Counted from the stretch's first letter, positions 1 to 14,525 are shown. The stretch is 64,000 bases of DNA from Octopus bimaculoides (GCF_001194135.2 NC_068990.1:52613855-52677854); one strand, 5' to 3'. Numbers and translations: made by a program. The notes: generated from the letters alone by a model not told the origin.

Positions 1-1187
1 TGTAGGTAGAAATTCCATTAGAGGTACCTGGTGTAAGCTGTGGACACATAAGAAGTGCAGTAATATCAGAGGAAATTTAGCAGGGTAACTAGTTTTTGTT
101 TGTGGAAAATGTGCAGGAATGATTAACACAAAAAATGTATAAAAAATAGAATCCATCAAATGCCAGGGGGAAAAACTAGAAGTAGTAATTGATAGCTTCC
201 ATTACCTAGGTGACCAAGTCAGTAGCGGAGGATGGATGCTCTGAATAAGAACAGGTTGGGCAAAGTTCAGAGAGCTCCTATCTCTGTTGGTAATAAAGGG
301 CCTCTCCCTCAGAGTGAAAAGCAAATTATATGATGCCTGTGTGTGAACAGCCATGCTACATGGCAGTGAAACATGGGCTGTGACTGTTAAGGACATGTGT
401 TGGTTTGAAAGATATGAAGCTAGTATGCTTCACTGGATGTGCAATGTCAGTGTGCATGCATGACAGAGTATAAACATCTTGAGAGAAAAGTTGGGCATAA
501 GATGTGGTGTGCAAGAGAGATCACTGCGTTGGTATGGTCATGTGATGCGTATGGATGTGGACAGCTGTGTGAAAAAGTGCCGAGGAAGAGACCTAGGAAG
601 ACATGGGATGAGGTGGTGAAGCATGATCTTCAAATGCTGGGCCTCATGGAGGCAATGACTAGTGACTGAGACATTTGGTAATATGCTGTGCTTTGAAAGA
701 CCCGTCAAGCCAAGTGAAATTATAGATGTGGCCATTGTTGGTGTCATGTAACTAGCACCTGTACCGGTGGCATGTAAAAAGCACCTTTTGAGTGTTGGGC
801 CTCATGGAGGCAAAGTGGCCAATGCTGGTTTTGTGGAACTAGCAACTGTGCAGGTGGCATGTAAAAAGCATCTTTTTACATGCCATGGAGGCAATGACAA
901 ATGACCAAGACCCTTGGTAATATGCTGTGCTTGAGAAGGAAGATCCATGAAGCCAAGTAAAAGCATAGTCATGACAGATACTGGTGTCATGCAGCTGGCA
1001 CCTGTGCCGGTGTCATGTAAAACCACTCATTACACTCTTGGAGTGGTTGGCATTAAGAAGGGCATCCAACTATAGAAACCATGCTAAATCAGATTGGAAT
1101 CTGGTGCAGCCCCTTAGCTTACCAGCCCTGGTCAAATTGACCAACCCATGCCAGTATGGAGAACGGATGTTAAATGATGATGCTGAT
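1..1187 (+). mobile_element. RTE-type LINE (family A), RT C-terminus plus 3' UTR and (GAT)n tail
   Basis: Decayed MLHGSETW and LRWYGHV..M motifs, repeated 3' UTR module, tail tgatgatgctgat. Confidence 0.85.
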
Positions 1188-1609
1188 ATATGTGTCTATT
1201 TCAGGGGTTGACAGCTTTAGCAGAAGCTATGTTTGGCCAATTAGAATAAAGAACTCAAAACTAAGTCTGAGAGTGAAGAAATTATTTTATCCATCTTTAT
1301 AAATAAAATCCATTTTGTGATCTGACAGATGTCAGTTCGCTTTACTCGTTTGGTATACCCTCCTCTTCCCTTGATGTTAATCCAATTTACTCTCTTGCCA
1401 TACCCTCCTCTTCCCACAACGTTAGCGTTCCAATAAAAATAAGTAAATGAAAAATATGATGCAGATTGTCTGCTGGTATCTGTGTGTGTGTATGTGCAAC
1501 TGTATGAGACTGTGCACGCGTGTACCTGTATGTGACTGCGTTTGTGTGTTGCCGCGTACCTATATATTTATATTATATATATATATATATTTTTTTCTAT
1601 ATACACCTG

Positions 1610-1651
<42 letters not shown>

Positions 1652-2029
1652 AACATGTGTGCTTCCATTTCTCACGTACACACACACACATGTATTTGAC
1701 AAACATCATTTAAAAGCGAGATTAACTGGAAATAACCGAAGTATTAGCTGACGAATCATGAGCAGATGATAGCTTCATTTGATAATAGTGTCACTTAAGA
1801 AAATCATGTTATCAATGACACTAATAACTTAAATGCTATATATAATGATTGCCATGGAAACAAATGATATGAATTCATTTAACAATAGTGTTGTTTCAGA
1901 AAATTATGTTGTCAATATTAATACACCTCATAATATTGATAACCCTTTCATCATTACTGACCAAAACTTAAATAATGCAACTAATAATTTAAACAACAAC
2001 AAGTGTAATTAATAATGATACAAGGAAAA

Positions 2030-5000
2030 TTTTAAATGCCCCAGCAAGAAAACGCCAAAAAACAAATGAAATGAGTGAAAATGAGAGAGAATTTCAGAGA
2101 GCAAGAAGTTGAGAGTATCAAAGATGAAGACAGGAAAGACTCTCATTTCAAAGAAGGAATGAAATTAGAGAAGAACACAGATTGGCTCCCTAAGTGTTGG
2201 GAGAAAATTTGGCACAAGAAATAAGAGAGGAAATAAGAATTTTGCCTCTTGTGGCAAGAAATTCTCAGACTATGGAGCAAAGATCACGATATGCTGAACT
2301 ATGTACTTCTGTTAAATCATTTACAAATGCAGCATTTGATTATGAGCTGACTAAAAATTATGATAAACTATCAAATTTAGGAACAATGTCAGTAGTTTGT
2401 AAGCATTGTTGTGCAAAACTATTTAAGGATGAACCTAATGGATTATGTTGTTCAAATGGTAAAGATAAAGTAAATTTGATTGAAAGACCACCTTTAAATA
2501 CACTAATGCTGGGGGAAAATTGGGGTTCCAAAAACTTTAAAAAAATTATCAAAAAAATAACAAATTGTTTTCAATGACAACCTTTAGAGTTGGTGAATCG
2601 ATATCTCTACCAGATCAAATCTACCATAGAATAAATTCATTGTATAATACAGATGAAAATATTCCTAAATATGCTCAAGTTTATTTTATTGATGATTTGA
2701 ATGACCAAATTGATATTGGAAATAATAAATTTCCTGCAACAAAGTTACACACTTCAAAAGGTACTCAAGGGATGCTTTTGGAAAACAATGAGCTTAGACA
2801 AATTAAAACTATGGCATCTTTGGTTAACAAACATAATCTTAAATTGCCAATTTGTGCAGATAGAGTACCAGCTGGTGAGCATGCACGAAGGTACAATGAC
2901 CGAGTATCTAATGATGTGGTATTAGTAATGGTTGGAACAGAATTTCCACAACGAAACATAATTTGTACCTATAAAGATAATACTGTAAAGAAAATCAATG
3001 AATTGCATAGATCCTACGATTCATTACAATATCCTTTGATTCATTGGAGAGGAAATGATGGCTATTTATTAGATTTACCTTTATATAACCCAAATACAAA
3101 TCAAACAGCCCCAAATAAGAAAGTCACATGCAGGCAGTATTATGCCTATCATTTATTTACAAGAAAGAAACAGTTGGAATCAAATTCTAAGATGTAAATG
3201 ATTGTTCTAAATGTATTTAGTTGATATGTATGCCAAAATTGAATTTGAATCATCATCATCATCATCATCGTTTAACGTCCGCTTTCCATGCTAGCATGGG
3301 TTGGACGATTTGACTGAGGACTGGTGAAACCGGATGGCAACACCAGGCTCCAGTCTGATTTGGCAGAGTTTCTACAGCTGGATGCCCTTCCTAACGCCAA
3401 CCACTCAGAGAGTGTAGTGGGTGCTTTTACGTGTCACCCGCACGAAAACGGCCACGCTCNNNNNNNNNNNNNNNNNNNNNNNNNNNNNNNNNNNNNNNNN
3501 NNNNNNNNNNNNNNNNNNNNNNNNNNNNNNNNNNNNNNNNNNNNNNNNNNNNNNNNNNNNNNNNNNNNNNNNNNNNNNNNNNNNNNNNNNNNNNNNNNNN
3601 NNNNNNNNNNNNNNNNNNNNNNNNNNNNNNNNNNNNNNNNNNNNNNNNNNNNNNNNNNNNNNNNNNNNNNNNNNNNNNNNNNNNNNNNNNNNNNNNNNNN
3701 NNNNNNNNNNNNNNNNNNNNNNNNNNCTTGCCTCACCACCTCAGCCCAGGTCTTCCTGGGCCTACCTCTTCCACGGGTTCCCTCAACTGTTAGGGTGTGG
3801 CACTTTTTCACGCAGCTATCCTCCTCCATTCTCACCACATGTCCATACCAGCGCAATCGTCTCTCTTGCACGCCACAACTGATGCTTCTAATGTTCAGCT
3901 TTTCTCTCAAGATACTTACACTCTGACGGGTATTCACATTGACATTACACATCCAACGGAGCATACTGGCTTCATTCCTTGCGAGCTTACGTATGTCCTC
4001 AGCAGTTACAGCCCATGTTTCACTGCCATGTAGCATGGTTGTTCGTACGCATGCGTCATACAGTCTGAATGTTTATTATATATTAAAGAACATCAAACCA
4101 AACTCAGGGTTGAAGAATATTTGCTTTTAAAAGATGCTTTAGATAATGAAGAATTACTCAATCCACAAGAATTAGATAGGGCTGTAATTTTACCTTCTAC
4201 TTTTGTTGGATGTCCCAAGATATTGGAAGAAAAGAACTCAAGATGCAATGTGTTATGTGAGAAAATACGGTAGGCCTAATTTATTCATAATATTCACTTG
4301 CAATCCGAAATGGGATGAAATCAAAGAGAAAATGTACAAAGGACAAAAAACTGAAGATAGGCATGACATAATTGCCAGAGTTTTCGAGCAAAAGTTGAAT
4401 AAAATGATGAAAATATTGGTTGAAAAGGGTGGTGGAACATTTGGAAAAACAAAAAGGCTACATATATACGGTGGAATGGGAGAAAAGAGGTTTACCACAT
4501 GCTCATAGCTTACTTTGGTTAGAGCAAAAGATTTATCCAAATCAATTAAATTCAGTAATCTCTGCAGAAATTCGCAGTCCAATTAATGGTCCTGATCTTT
4601 ATGCTATCATCATTACACAAATGGTACATGATCCATGTGGTTTATTAAATCCAAAATCTCCATGTATGAATAATGAAAAATGTGGAAAAAATTACCCAAA
4701 ATATTTTGTTTATGAAACCAGGACAGATGTCACTGGATATCCTTTATACAGATGAAGAAATACAAAAGATGGTAGAAGAACAGCATCAATAACGAGAAAC
4801 TCAAAAATGTATAATTCAATGTTTAAATTACAATTTTCATCACCAATAGTTGATGAATTTACAATTTCAATTAAGAAAAATAGTAGAATTTGGTTAACAT
4901 TAGAAAATTGTAATTTATTAGTATGGGATGAAGTTACAATGTCACACAATAAAGATATTAGAGGATGTTGATAAAATGTTGAAAGAAAATAAATGCAATA

Positions 5001-6135
5001 GTTTCCATTTTTTACTAGCTGTTTTACTAGCTGTTTTACTAGCTGGTGATTTTAGACAAATACTTCCAGCTGATGAAATAGAGGCATCAATCAAGGCATC
5101 CCATTTCTGGTCATTATTTCACAAATTGTCTTTAAGAATTAATATGAGAGTGCATATCCTAAGAAATAATGACTTACAGGACTTTGAAAGTAAACTATTA
5201 GAAGTAGGAGAAAATAGGATCCTAAGTGATGGCAATCACATGATATTATTACCAGTGGAAATAGAGTTGAAAATGAAATTGATTTGGAAACATTAATTTT
5301 TGAGGACATTGCAGTTAATTACACTAATACAGAATGGATATCAGAATAATTTTAGCTGCTAAAAATGGCGATGTTGATGCTATTAATATGCGATGACTTA
5401 ACAAAATAGAACATAGATTAAGAACATACAATTCTCTAGATCAAGTAATAGACATAGATGAAGCAGTAGATTTTCCGGTTGAGTTCTTAAATTCAATAGA
5501 AATATCGGGATTTCCACCACATGAATTGAATTTGAAGAAAGGAGCTCCAATTATTCTTTTGAGAAATTTACAAAGTTATGCAATGGAACGAGGTTAATAG
5601 TGGAATCCCTTACAAATAATGTAACTGAAGCAAAAATACTAAATGGAAAGTACAAAAATGGATTAGTATTATTACTAAGGATTAAATTAATTGCAGAGGA
5701 GCCAATGAGGTTTACAAGATTACAATTTCCAGTTGAACTATCCTTTGCTATGACAATAAATAAATTACAAAGCCAAACATTTAAAAAAAGTTGGTATTAA
5801 TCTTAAAAATGAAGTATTTTCTCATGGACAACTATATGTATCACTTTCGAGAATGGGAGATCCTAATAATCTTTATTAATACACAGATGAAAAAGTTAAA
5901 AGCATTGTTTATGATGAAGTTCTTTAGATTAAAAAAAAGAAAAAAAAAAACAATGAAAAAAAAAAAAGTTGGACAACAGTTTGATTTTAAATAAAAAAAA
6001 TTATTCTCACTGATGATTTTATCAATATTATAAGTTGTATGAGAGGTTATTATTGCTATCTATTTTTTGTTATTTACATTATGTACTTCTGGTAATAAAA
6101 TATAATTTTCGTCAATAAATGACAGGTCATTCTAG
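2030..6135 (+). mobile_element. Decayed Helitron (Rep/helicase), internally deleted and interrupted by a LINE
   Basis: Cys cluster CKHC..CCSNGK; PAGEH.RRYN; LQYPL; Rep motifs FTCNPKW and E..KRGLPHAH; helicase motifs WDE.TM, AGDFRQ.LP and FAMTINK. Candidate 3' CTAG at 6132-6135 followed by T. Confidence 0.92.
3251..4065 (-). mobile_element. 5'-truncated RTE family A insertion inside the Helitron Rep region
   Basis: (CAT)n tail at 3251; ORF 3434-4036 MLHGSETW...RRLRWYGHV; flanked by TGAAT at 3246-3250 and 4066-4070. Confidence 0.92.
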
Positions 6136-7404
6136 TCTTATAAATAATTCTGCTTGTCATTCCATTACTTAGCCTGTCAGTAATGCTTTCATGTGATTAG
6201 AGAAAAATAGGGAGAGAGAAGCGTCCATGATGTGAGGTAGAGGGTATGTAATTGTAATGCTTTCATGTGATTGGTTGAGGGAGAAAGAGAGGAGATAGAA
6301 AAAGGAGAGAGAAAAAGAAGAGTGAGATTGAAAGAGGGAAAAAGAAAAAGATGGAGTGAGAAGAAAAGGGAGAGAGAAGGGTCCATGACATGAGGTAGGG
6401 AAAATGTAATATTTACTGGTGGTTAAAAAAGTTAGTTGAAGGCAGTGATGATATAGAGGAGAGTTAAAGATATAATTTTAGCTGAGAGGTGAGGTTAAAG
6501 AAAGGCAGAGAGAGAGAGAAATGATGATGGTGGTTGTGGTGATTGGATAGTGAAATTTAAAAAATTGAACTAAATTTTTTATATCACCTATCTCTTAACT
6601 CATGCGCATAAGTGCAATTCTGTGAATTATTCATGCTTATTTACATGACAGACATATTCAATTTAACTAAAGGTTGTATCGTATGGGATATTTTTTTTGC
6701 CTATGGGAAAAATGGAAATATTTATGAAAGCTGTGTATTAAGTCTATAAAATTGTGCATAAAGTATCTAAAGTGTATATATAAAGTGCATTAAGTAATCA
6801 TTGTATTCCAATTTATTTCACTTTTCAGTGAGTAGCAGATGAGCAACTATCTTTTGATACAGTCACAACACAGGTTATGCTTTCAGGTTTTTTGGATAAA
6901 GTTTTCAGACATAACCCAATACATTTACCATTAATTCTGTGAAATATTCATGGATCCCGCTATTAATCATTAATCCAACAAAAGGTATTTTAATTCCTGA
7001 AGGGATATAAACAAAACAAAGTATACTTTGCCAGACAAGTAATTATGGATTAAATATTTTGTGTGTGTGTATATATATGATTGCTGTATTTCAGTGAAAA
7101 ATTGGTGCTTTTTGACTGTAGTAGTGTTGTAGTCATTGTGACCATTAGTGATCCAGGGTGATTTGGTGTCCCATTGGGAATCTGTCACCATTAATATTGC
7201 TGTTGTTCATTGTAGTCTGAAGGAAATTATTAGTTTTTATTGGGTTGTTCCTGTTAGCTATGAATAGACAAAGCAGGGAGGTAGTAGATCCCATGTTTTA
7301 GCTTACTTTCACAACCCACTATATTTCAATACAACAAATGTATTTATTTAGAATTGATTTTTATTTCTATTTTGTTGACAGTCTTTTTTTAATCCTCTTT
7401 TCAG

Positions 7405-7467
7405 AATGAATCCATCAAAGACCAAGTTGCTGAGTTTCAGAAAATGGCTGCTGATGCCCAGCTGATG
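7405..7467 (+). CDS. ATP5PD: ATP synthase subunit d, penultimate coding exon (NESIKDQVAEFQKMAADAQLM)
   Basis: Strong acceptor (tttttttaatcctcttttcag) and donor GTAAGT. 63 nt, phase 0/0, in frame with the exon at 19179. Helical composition fits subunit d. Confidence 0.7.
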
Positions 7468-7549
7468 GTAAGTTATCAGCATAATTATATTATTTGTTTA
7501 CATTAGACATACTCTAATCCATGATGGTAATATTTGTTTAAATTTCTAC

Positions 7550-9240
7550 ACCATTTTAGTGGTGGACTTCATCCATTGCCTTTTGGATGCTGTTAGTTTG
7601 TTTTCAGCCTGAAGATATCTAGATCTTTTTTCCTCTTGCTTCTGTTCCCCATTAAGATCTCCACCTAACATGTTCACAAGCTCTGTATTATATCTGTTCC
7701 TGGGTCAGATCCTCCTCTACAGTCCTCAGTCAGATTTTGATAAGTCTGCCTCACTGCCTACCACTGGTCTCTTGTGAACATATGTAACTTGCGGTTGAAC
7801 ATCTTAAAGTGATAGTATCCAACAAGATACTCAGCCCTTGATGCTTTTCACTACTTCATTTGTGATGCGGTTACACTAAGAAATTCTTAGGGGCTTAAAG
7901 CAACATCTGTGGAAGACATCTGCACTGTAAGAAATTCTGCTCATCTTTTTTGCATGTTTTGCAAGCATAGGTTGCCATTGGCATTGCAATGGCTGTAGAT
8001 AGATAGCATTTGATGCCTAAGTTGGAGAATTTAAACCCTACAAACTTCAGGCACTGGAAGATAGCTGTAGCTTTACCATGTCTCTTTTTTTTACATCAAA
8101 TTCAATTTGCCATTGTTTATAATGTTACTGCTCAGTGAAGGCATCTCCAGAGTCTGACCTTTCAATCAAACTAGTTTCTGCTATGTCTTTTGATTATTGA
8201 TTTAGAAGATCAACCTTTGAGCTACTATTGTTGCTAAAACAATAGTAGCTCAAAGGTCTTGTATGGACTGTAGATGTGATATTCAGGAATCCTATATCAT
8301 TCAGGAAGTCAAGGTCTGTGAGTTTTCACTGTCCCCATTTGTTGTCTATGTTGAATCTCCATAGACTTTTTCATGGTGAAATTCACCATTGTCAGGAACA
8401 AAAATGCTTAGCGATATTTCATGTCTTTACGTTCTGAGTTCAAATTCCTCTGAGGTCGACTTTGCCTTTCATCCTTACAGGGGCGATAAATTAAGTATCA
8501 GTTGTGTACTGGAGTCGATCTAATTGACTGGCCCCCTCCCCCCACATTTCGGGCCTTGTGCCTAGAGTAGAAAAGATATCAGCTGGCTACTTGATACTGT
8601 GCCATGATCTTTCATAGAGATTCCCTGTGTATGTTCTTGACAACCTTCTTGAGGATTTGTTTACTGTATAACCTTCTGCTCCTGAATCCTACATGTGCCT
8701 CCCATAAATGTTCATCAACTACCTTCTTCAGGCAGGTAAGAAACACAGTGTGGGACATTTTATGAGAGCCAGACAGCTGGGCTATACTGTGCCATTTGTT
8801 GCAATCATTTAGAGCTCCTTTCTTGGGCAATTTTACTATCATTCTATTCATTCAGGTCTCAGTGACTGCCTCTAATGCAAAGGTATGACAATTCTTTTGT
8901 GGTGACATTCTCTCCATACTGAATTGGGTCCACAGTTACCTTATGCAGCTTTGCTTTCTTGTTCTTCAGGAAATGAATGACTTTGGTGACCTCTCTGTTG
9001 ATATGTCTTTATCTGTCATTTTCAGGGGATTCGTCTAAGGAGTCTCTTGGTTGACCCGAGAATGCTTTTTTATTTTTAAACTTTCTAGGTCTGGAAAAAA
9101 GAGCAGTGTCACAGCTTTGTTCCCCCCTCCCCCCTCCTGGATTGGTGAGGTTGAGATTGTTAATGTCCCTCTTGAACCTTAGTAAGTCAACACCAGCTAG
9201 AAGGACATGAACAGAGGGGAAATCCAGAGAGACTGGGTGT
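7550..9240 (-). mobile_element. Decayed RTE-type LINE (family B)
   Basis: ORF 8612-8851 IVKLPKKGAL.DCN.W...GFRS.R is RTE RT domains 0-2; LDF..DI motif near 8320. Confidence 0.75.
8395..8580 (+). mobile_element. tRNA-derived SINE (5'-truncated) inserted in RTE family B
   Basis: B-box-like GTTCAAATTCC followed by GTCGACTTTGCCTTTCATCC...GATAAATTAAGTA central domain; related copy at 53820. Confidence 0.7.
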
Positions 9241-9249
9241 TGGGTGGCT

Positions 9250-11690
9250 AGACAGAGCGAGGATGATGAAAGGTAATGGAAGCTATCTACTATCTCTAAG
9301 GGTCCCTCTGGGCATTGGAGGAAATCTATTTCCAGTGTGTTCTTAGTGTTTATTGGTCCACATTTGCCACACACAAAAAATAATTTTTCTGTTAACCTTC
9401 CTGTGATTCTACTGCACCTCTCATGTATCCATAGCTTGTACTGGGTACACCATATGGAATTTTTACCAACATCCTTTCTACGTATTAAACAGGGCTTGCA
9501 GGCATTAGTAATTTGTCTACTGTTGTGCTTACTTGTAGTTTGGTCTTTGCTAAATTAACTCTAAGGCCCTTTGATTCTAGGCCTTGCTTCTGTACCTGAA
9601 ATTTCTTTTCTAACTCTATTACAGATTCAGCTATAAGAACAAAGTCATCAGTATAGAGAAGCTCCCATGGGCAACCAATTTTAAATTCTTCTATCATGAC
9701 CTAGAGGATTATGATAAACAAGAGAGGGCTGGGAACTGAGCTTTGGTAAACTCATACCTGTGCACTGAATTTGTTGTTATATTCATTGCTGACTTTCACA
9801 TTACAGACAACAACGTCATTGCACATGGTTTTGGACAGCTTTCACCAGTGACTCATCTACCCACAGCTTCCACAGTAACCACCAGATGAGAAAGAGTGAG
9901 GGACCTTGTCAAAGGTTTTCTCCATATTGACAAATCCAAGTATAGCAGTTTATAGTTGGTTAAGTGCTTCTCCTGCTGTTGCCTTACTAGGAAGATAGCA
10001 ACAGTAGTGCCTCTCCCTGGCACAAAACCAAACTGCATCTCATCTAGTTTAGCTCTCTTCCTAATTAGTTGACCTGGTCCAGCAATTTGATAGCTCTGTA
10101 ATTACTTCTGTCAAAACATTTCTTTTACCTTTGTAGCAACTGACTACGATGCTGCTATAAACAGTTGTCAGATATGACCCCTTCCTGGATGATCTGATTA
10201 ACTATAGGTGTGACTAGGCCATTTCCCACTCCAACAGACATTTTAAGCATCTCGATGGTAATTCCTGATACGCCAGAGGCTTTCCCTGTCTTTTTCATAT
10301 CTTAAATTGCCTTGTCTTTCATGCAGCTGTAAACTTGGATGGATGGTCCTTCTATTGAGTTCATATTAGAAAGACTCACCTTTTCCCATGCATTTTCCAC
10401 ATTTAGCAGCCTTTCATAGTGACACTTCCATGCCTCTTTCTTTTCAGAGTCACTAAATACAAGTCCCATCATCCACCCAAATACTCTTCTCTCCTACATC
10501 ATGATGTTCTGTGGCATACTGTCTTGCAATCTGGAACATCTTATGTCCCTAACACTCACACTGCAGAACATTGGAAAACTTCTTTTTATTTTATTTCTCC
10601 CCTAGCTAAATATACCTGTCATCTTGCTTCTCTGCTAGCTACCTGGTATAGTTCTTTACAACCCTTACTCTTCNNNNNNNNNNNNNNNNNNNNNNNNNNN
10701 NNNNNNNNNNNNNNNNNNNNNNNNNNNNNNNNNNNNNNNNNNNNNNNNNNNNNNNNNNNNNNNNNNNNNNNNNNNNNNNNNNNNNNNNNNNNNNNNNNNN
10801 NNNNNNNNNNNNNNNNNNNNNNNNNNNNNNNNNNNNNNNNNNNNNNNNNNNNNNNNNNNNNGGACACCTCTAAATTTATTTGAATGACCCTTAAGCTTCC
10901 AACGCTATCTTCTGAAGACTGGTTTACTTCCCGAAGTGTGAAGTTGCTATTGATTATCCTGTGTTGAGGAGTACATTCTTCATTTGGGAGTGCCTTTGCA
11001 ACTAAGAGCAAATGTATATCCCACATTCTGGTGAGATCCTAGTAAATCTGATGTGGCTTGTGTGGTCACCAGATTGACAGTTGATCAGGCGATTGGCTGG
11101 TTTCTGAAGTTAGTGTTACAGATCATTAGGTCTGAAGTTAGTGTTGCAGATAATTAGGTCATTTTGCATTGCAAAACTCCAATGGGCCCTTCCTTATTTT
11201 GGGAACCAACTGCATAGCCTTCATGCACACCATGAAAATCACCAGGATGCTGCCAAACATGCTCATTGAAGTCACCAGCCACAAAGATAAAGTCACTGTT
11301 GTAGCCAACAAAAAGGTGTCATAAAATTTATCCTTTTGTTCATCTGGCAGTCCATTTGAGAAGCATAGATAGAAAGAATAGTTGCTGTTCTATTTTGCAA
11401 AAATAGTCTAAGCATAAGTATCCTATCACACACACTGACTACCTTGATTACCTTATCCATTTATTTCTGAGCTAAAAGTATGCCCACACCTCCAACTCTA
11501 GGAGATCTTAGACCTATGTTTTTTGCCTACCCAGAAGATCTTATACCTATGTTTTTTGCTTGTGAAGAGCCTGGCTAGGGCTCTCTTTTCAAGTGTAGTA
11601 CACATCTGCATGCTCCTCTTCTAGAATCTCAACAGTCTCACAAGACTTATCTTTCAATATGCCTCCATTGACTGTGCCAAGTCTCAGGAT
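9250..11690 (-). mobile_element. RTE family A, endonuclease to RT, decayed
   Basis: MQFGFVPGRGTT, LLYTDD and APE N-terminus LRLGTVN..LK; many stops and frameshifts. Confidence 0.88.
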
Positions 11691-11918
11691 ATGCATGGAA
11701 TGGAAAGAGTGAAGAGGGAGCTGTGGAATTTCATTTAGCACCCAAAAAGGAGAGGTGGGCAATGGCATTTAACACTCAAAAATATTGAAATTACTACGCT
11801 AAAATACAAATTCAAATTCGAGGAATACATTATTCAACTCAGTTGTTTAGTTACATTTCAGAATATCACATCATTGTATGTTATTACAGTGGTTGCCTAG
11901 ACTACTTTTGGCATAGTT

Positions 11919-11952
<34 letters not shown>

Positions 11953-14234
11953 NNNNNNNNNNNNNNNNNNNNNNNNNNNNNNNNNNNNNNNNNNNNNNNN
12001 NNNNNNNNNNNNNNNNNNNNNNNNNNNNNNNNNNNNNNNNNNNNNNNNNNNNNNNNNNNNNNNNNNNNNNNNNNNNNNNNNNNNNNNNNNNNNNNNNNNN
12101 NNNNNNNNNNNNNNNNNNNNNNNNNNNNNNNNNNNNNNNNNNNNNNNNNNNNNNNNNNNNNNNNNNNNNNNNNNNNNNNNNNNNNNNNNNNNNNNNNNNN
12201 NNNNNNNNNNNNNNNNNNNNNNNNNNNNNNNNNNNNNNNNNNNNNNNNNNNNNNNNNNNNNNNNNNNNNNNNNNNNNNNNNNNNNNNNNNNNNNNNNNNN
12301 NNNNNNNNNNNNNNNNNNNNNNNNNNNNNNNNNNNNNNNNNNNNNNNNNNNNNNNNNNNNNNNNNNNNNNNNNNNNNNNNNNNNNNNNNNNNNNNNNNNN
12401 NNNNNNNNNNNNNNNNNNNNNNNNNNNNNNNNNNNNNNNNNNNNNNNNNNNNNNNNNNNNNNNNNNNNNNNNNNNNNNNNNNNNNNNNNNNNNNNNNNNN
12501 NNNNNNNNNNNNNNAATTTGTACATAGTCTGTTTTGGAGAGCTATTCTGTTGAACCTCTGTGTAATCTAGCATGCTAAACATTGTTTTAATGATTCAGCA
12601 TTAAGTGCTGCAGCATGCCTTTGCTGATGTTGGGAAAGTCTCATGTTCTTTATCTCGAGACTCTCGCCTTCAGTTTTCTGCACTCCTCCTTGTTTTATAG
12701 CTGTTTCTGGAGAGATTACGTTTTTCCTTTGGTGGCATATTTTTTTTCAATATTTTAAACAAAAAATTATGTACATTGAAACAAATATACATTCATCTCT
12801 ATTTTTGTAAGCAGTTGTATGTATGTAATATGTCTATATTTTTGTATGCAGTGTAAAGTAACCAAATCTAAGCAAATTGTAAATACCTTGCAACCACTGC
12901 GATAATTATGAACTCCTAATGGAACAGTAGATGTGTATTTTTATATAACTTGGACCTTCCATGTAATTGTTTTTTGTCAAAAGTTTATGTAGATGTATGT
13001 GTGTCTTTAATAATGTAGATAACAGGTGTGCAAACACACACACACTCACAAATACATACACATTCATATAAAAAAATGTGACGATACGCACACACTCTCA
13101 CATACAGACACATACATATAGTAAGAGAGAAACATAGTCACGCATGTCAGTCATCATGTGTATGTGTAGATATGTGTGTGTTTAATAATGTATCTAATGC
13201 GGAAACACACACAGAGATATACACACTCATATATGTGATGTCGTCGTCGTAATTTGAAATGTCCTTTACTATCTTGTACACATTAAACGTGCAAATACAC
13301 ACACAAAAATGAAAGAATAAAAGTGAAGCAATATGACACAACAGTTTTCGATAGAGGGAGAAATGTAAATAGTGTATTTAAATAGACTGAGTACAGAAAA
13401 TTTTAAATAAGTAAAGTAATGTTGTAGGGAGAACGTACAAATAGCATGAAGACAAAGATATTGATGCACAACAAAATTGAAATACACTGAAGTCAATTTT
13501 CAGGGAGTGAGAGAGAGAGAGTGCGTGAGTGAGTGAAAGAAACATATGTATATGTGAAAGTGAGAAAAGGGAGAGAATCGGTTGAAAACTGCAGTTCTTT
13601 TGAGAAAAACCCATGTGAAAAACTTTTATTCATGGTTAGTTTGTTGCATTACATGGGAGCTCTGGGCAAAATGTTACAGTGCATGACCATCTATGGCACA
13701 TAAGTAATGTGTGTGTAGAGTTTCGTGAAAATCAGTTGAAACTATATAAATGCATACGTATTATACACACATCCTTTGTTTTACCAGCTTTACCAGCTTC
13801 AATCAGTTTTATGAGATTACTGTTACCCACATTGATTTGGAGATTTTGTACTCAACTGGATTTCCTTAGTTCTTGTGAAGTTTTTTCCTCATCCTTTACT
13901 CTGTTGTGTCTTATAGTTAAAGTGGATTACTGACAAGTAATTCAACTTGATCTACAAATGGTTTGCTGTTGTTCGTCATGAACTTATTTAGGGAAACTGG
14001 TCTATGGGGGCAGTGAATTTCCATGGGAAGAGTGATGTTGAAAACCTTTGTGATGCAGAGAAACATTTGTGGGGAGTAGTTTTTGTTGTTATACACAAGT
14101 GATCTTTAGGAGTGTGGTACCTGAAGAAGCACCATCATCATCGTTTAACATCCGCTTTCCATGCTAGCATGGGTTGGACCACCAATTCCCAAATATTTCT
14201 TAGAGAAATTACATGACACTTTGTTGATTATGAT

Positions 14235-14525
14235 GATGAGGGTTCCAGTTGATCCGATCAACAAAACACCCTGCTTGTGAAATTAATGTGCAAGTGGCTG
14301 AGCTCTCCACAGACACATTTACTCTTAATGTAGTTCTCAGGGAGATTTAGTGTGGCATGGTTGGCCTTTTGAAATACAGGTATTACTCATTTTTGCTAGC
14401 TGAGTGGGCTGGAGCTGTGTGAAATAAAGTGTCTTGCTTAAGGACACAATGCACTACCAGGAATTGAATTCATGACCTTATGACCGTGAGGCGAATTCCC
14501 TAACCACCAAATCATGTGCTTCACT
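14235..14525 (-). mobile_element. tRNA-derived SINE with CORE-like segment
   Basis: On -: TGGTGGTTAGG (A-box-like), GAATTCAATTCC (B-box-like), then GTGTCCTTAAGCAAGACACTT. Confidence 0.7.

Noticed and set aside
6180-6398. Two pairs of short direct repeats (19 and 31 nt) in a purine-rich tract
   Set aside because: Only two copies each, in low-complexity sequence; an ordinary local duplication and not a CRISPR-like array.
6829-6873. Plus-strand AG...GT segment, a possible extra ATP5PD exon
   Set aside because: Stops in all three frames and a weak donor.
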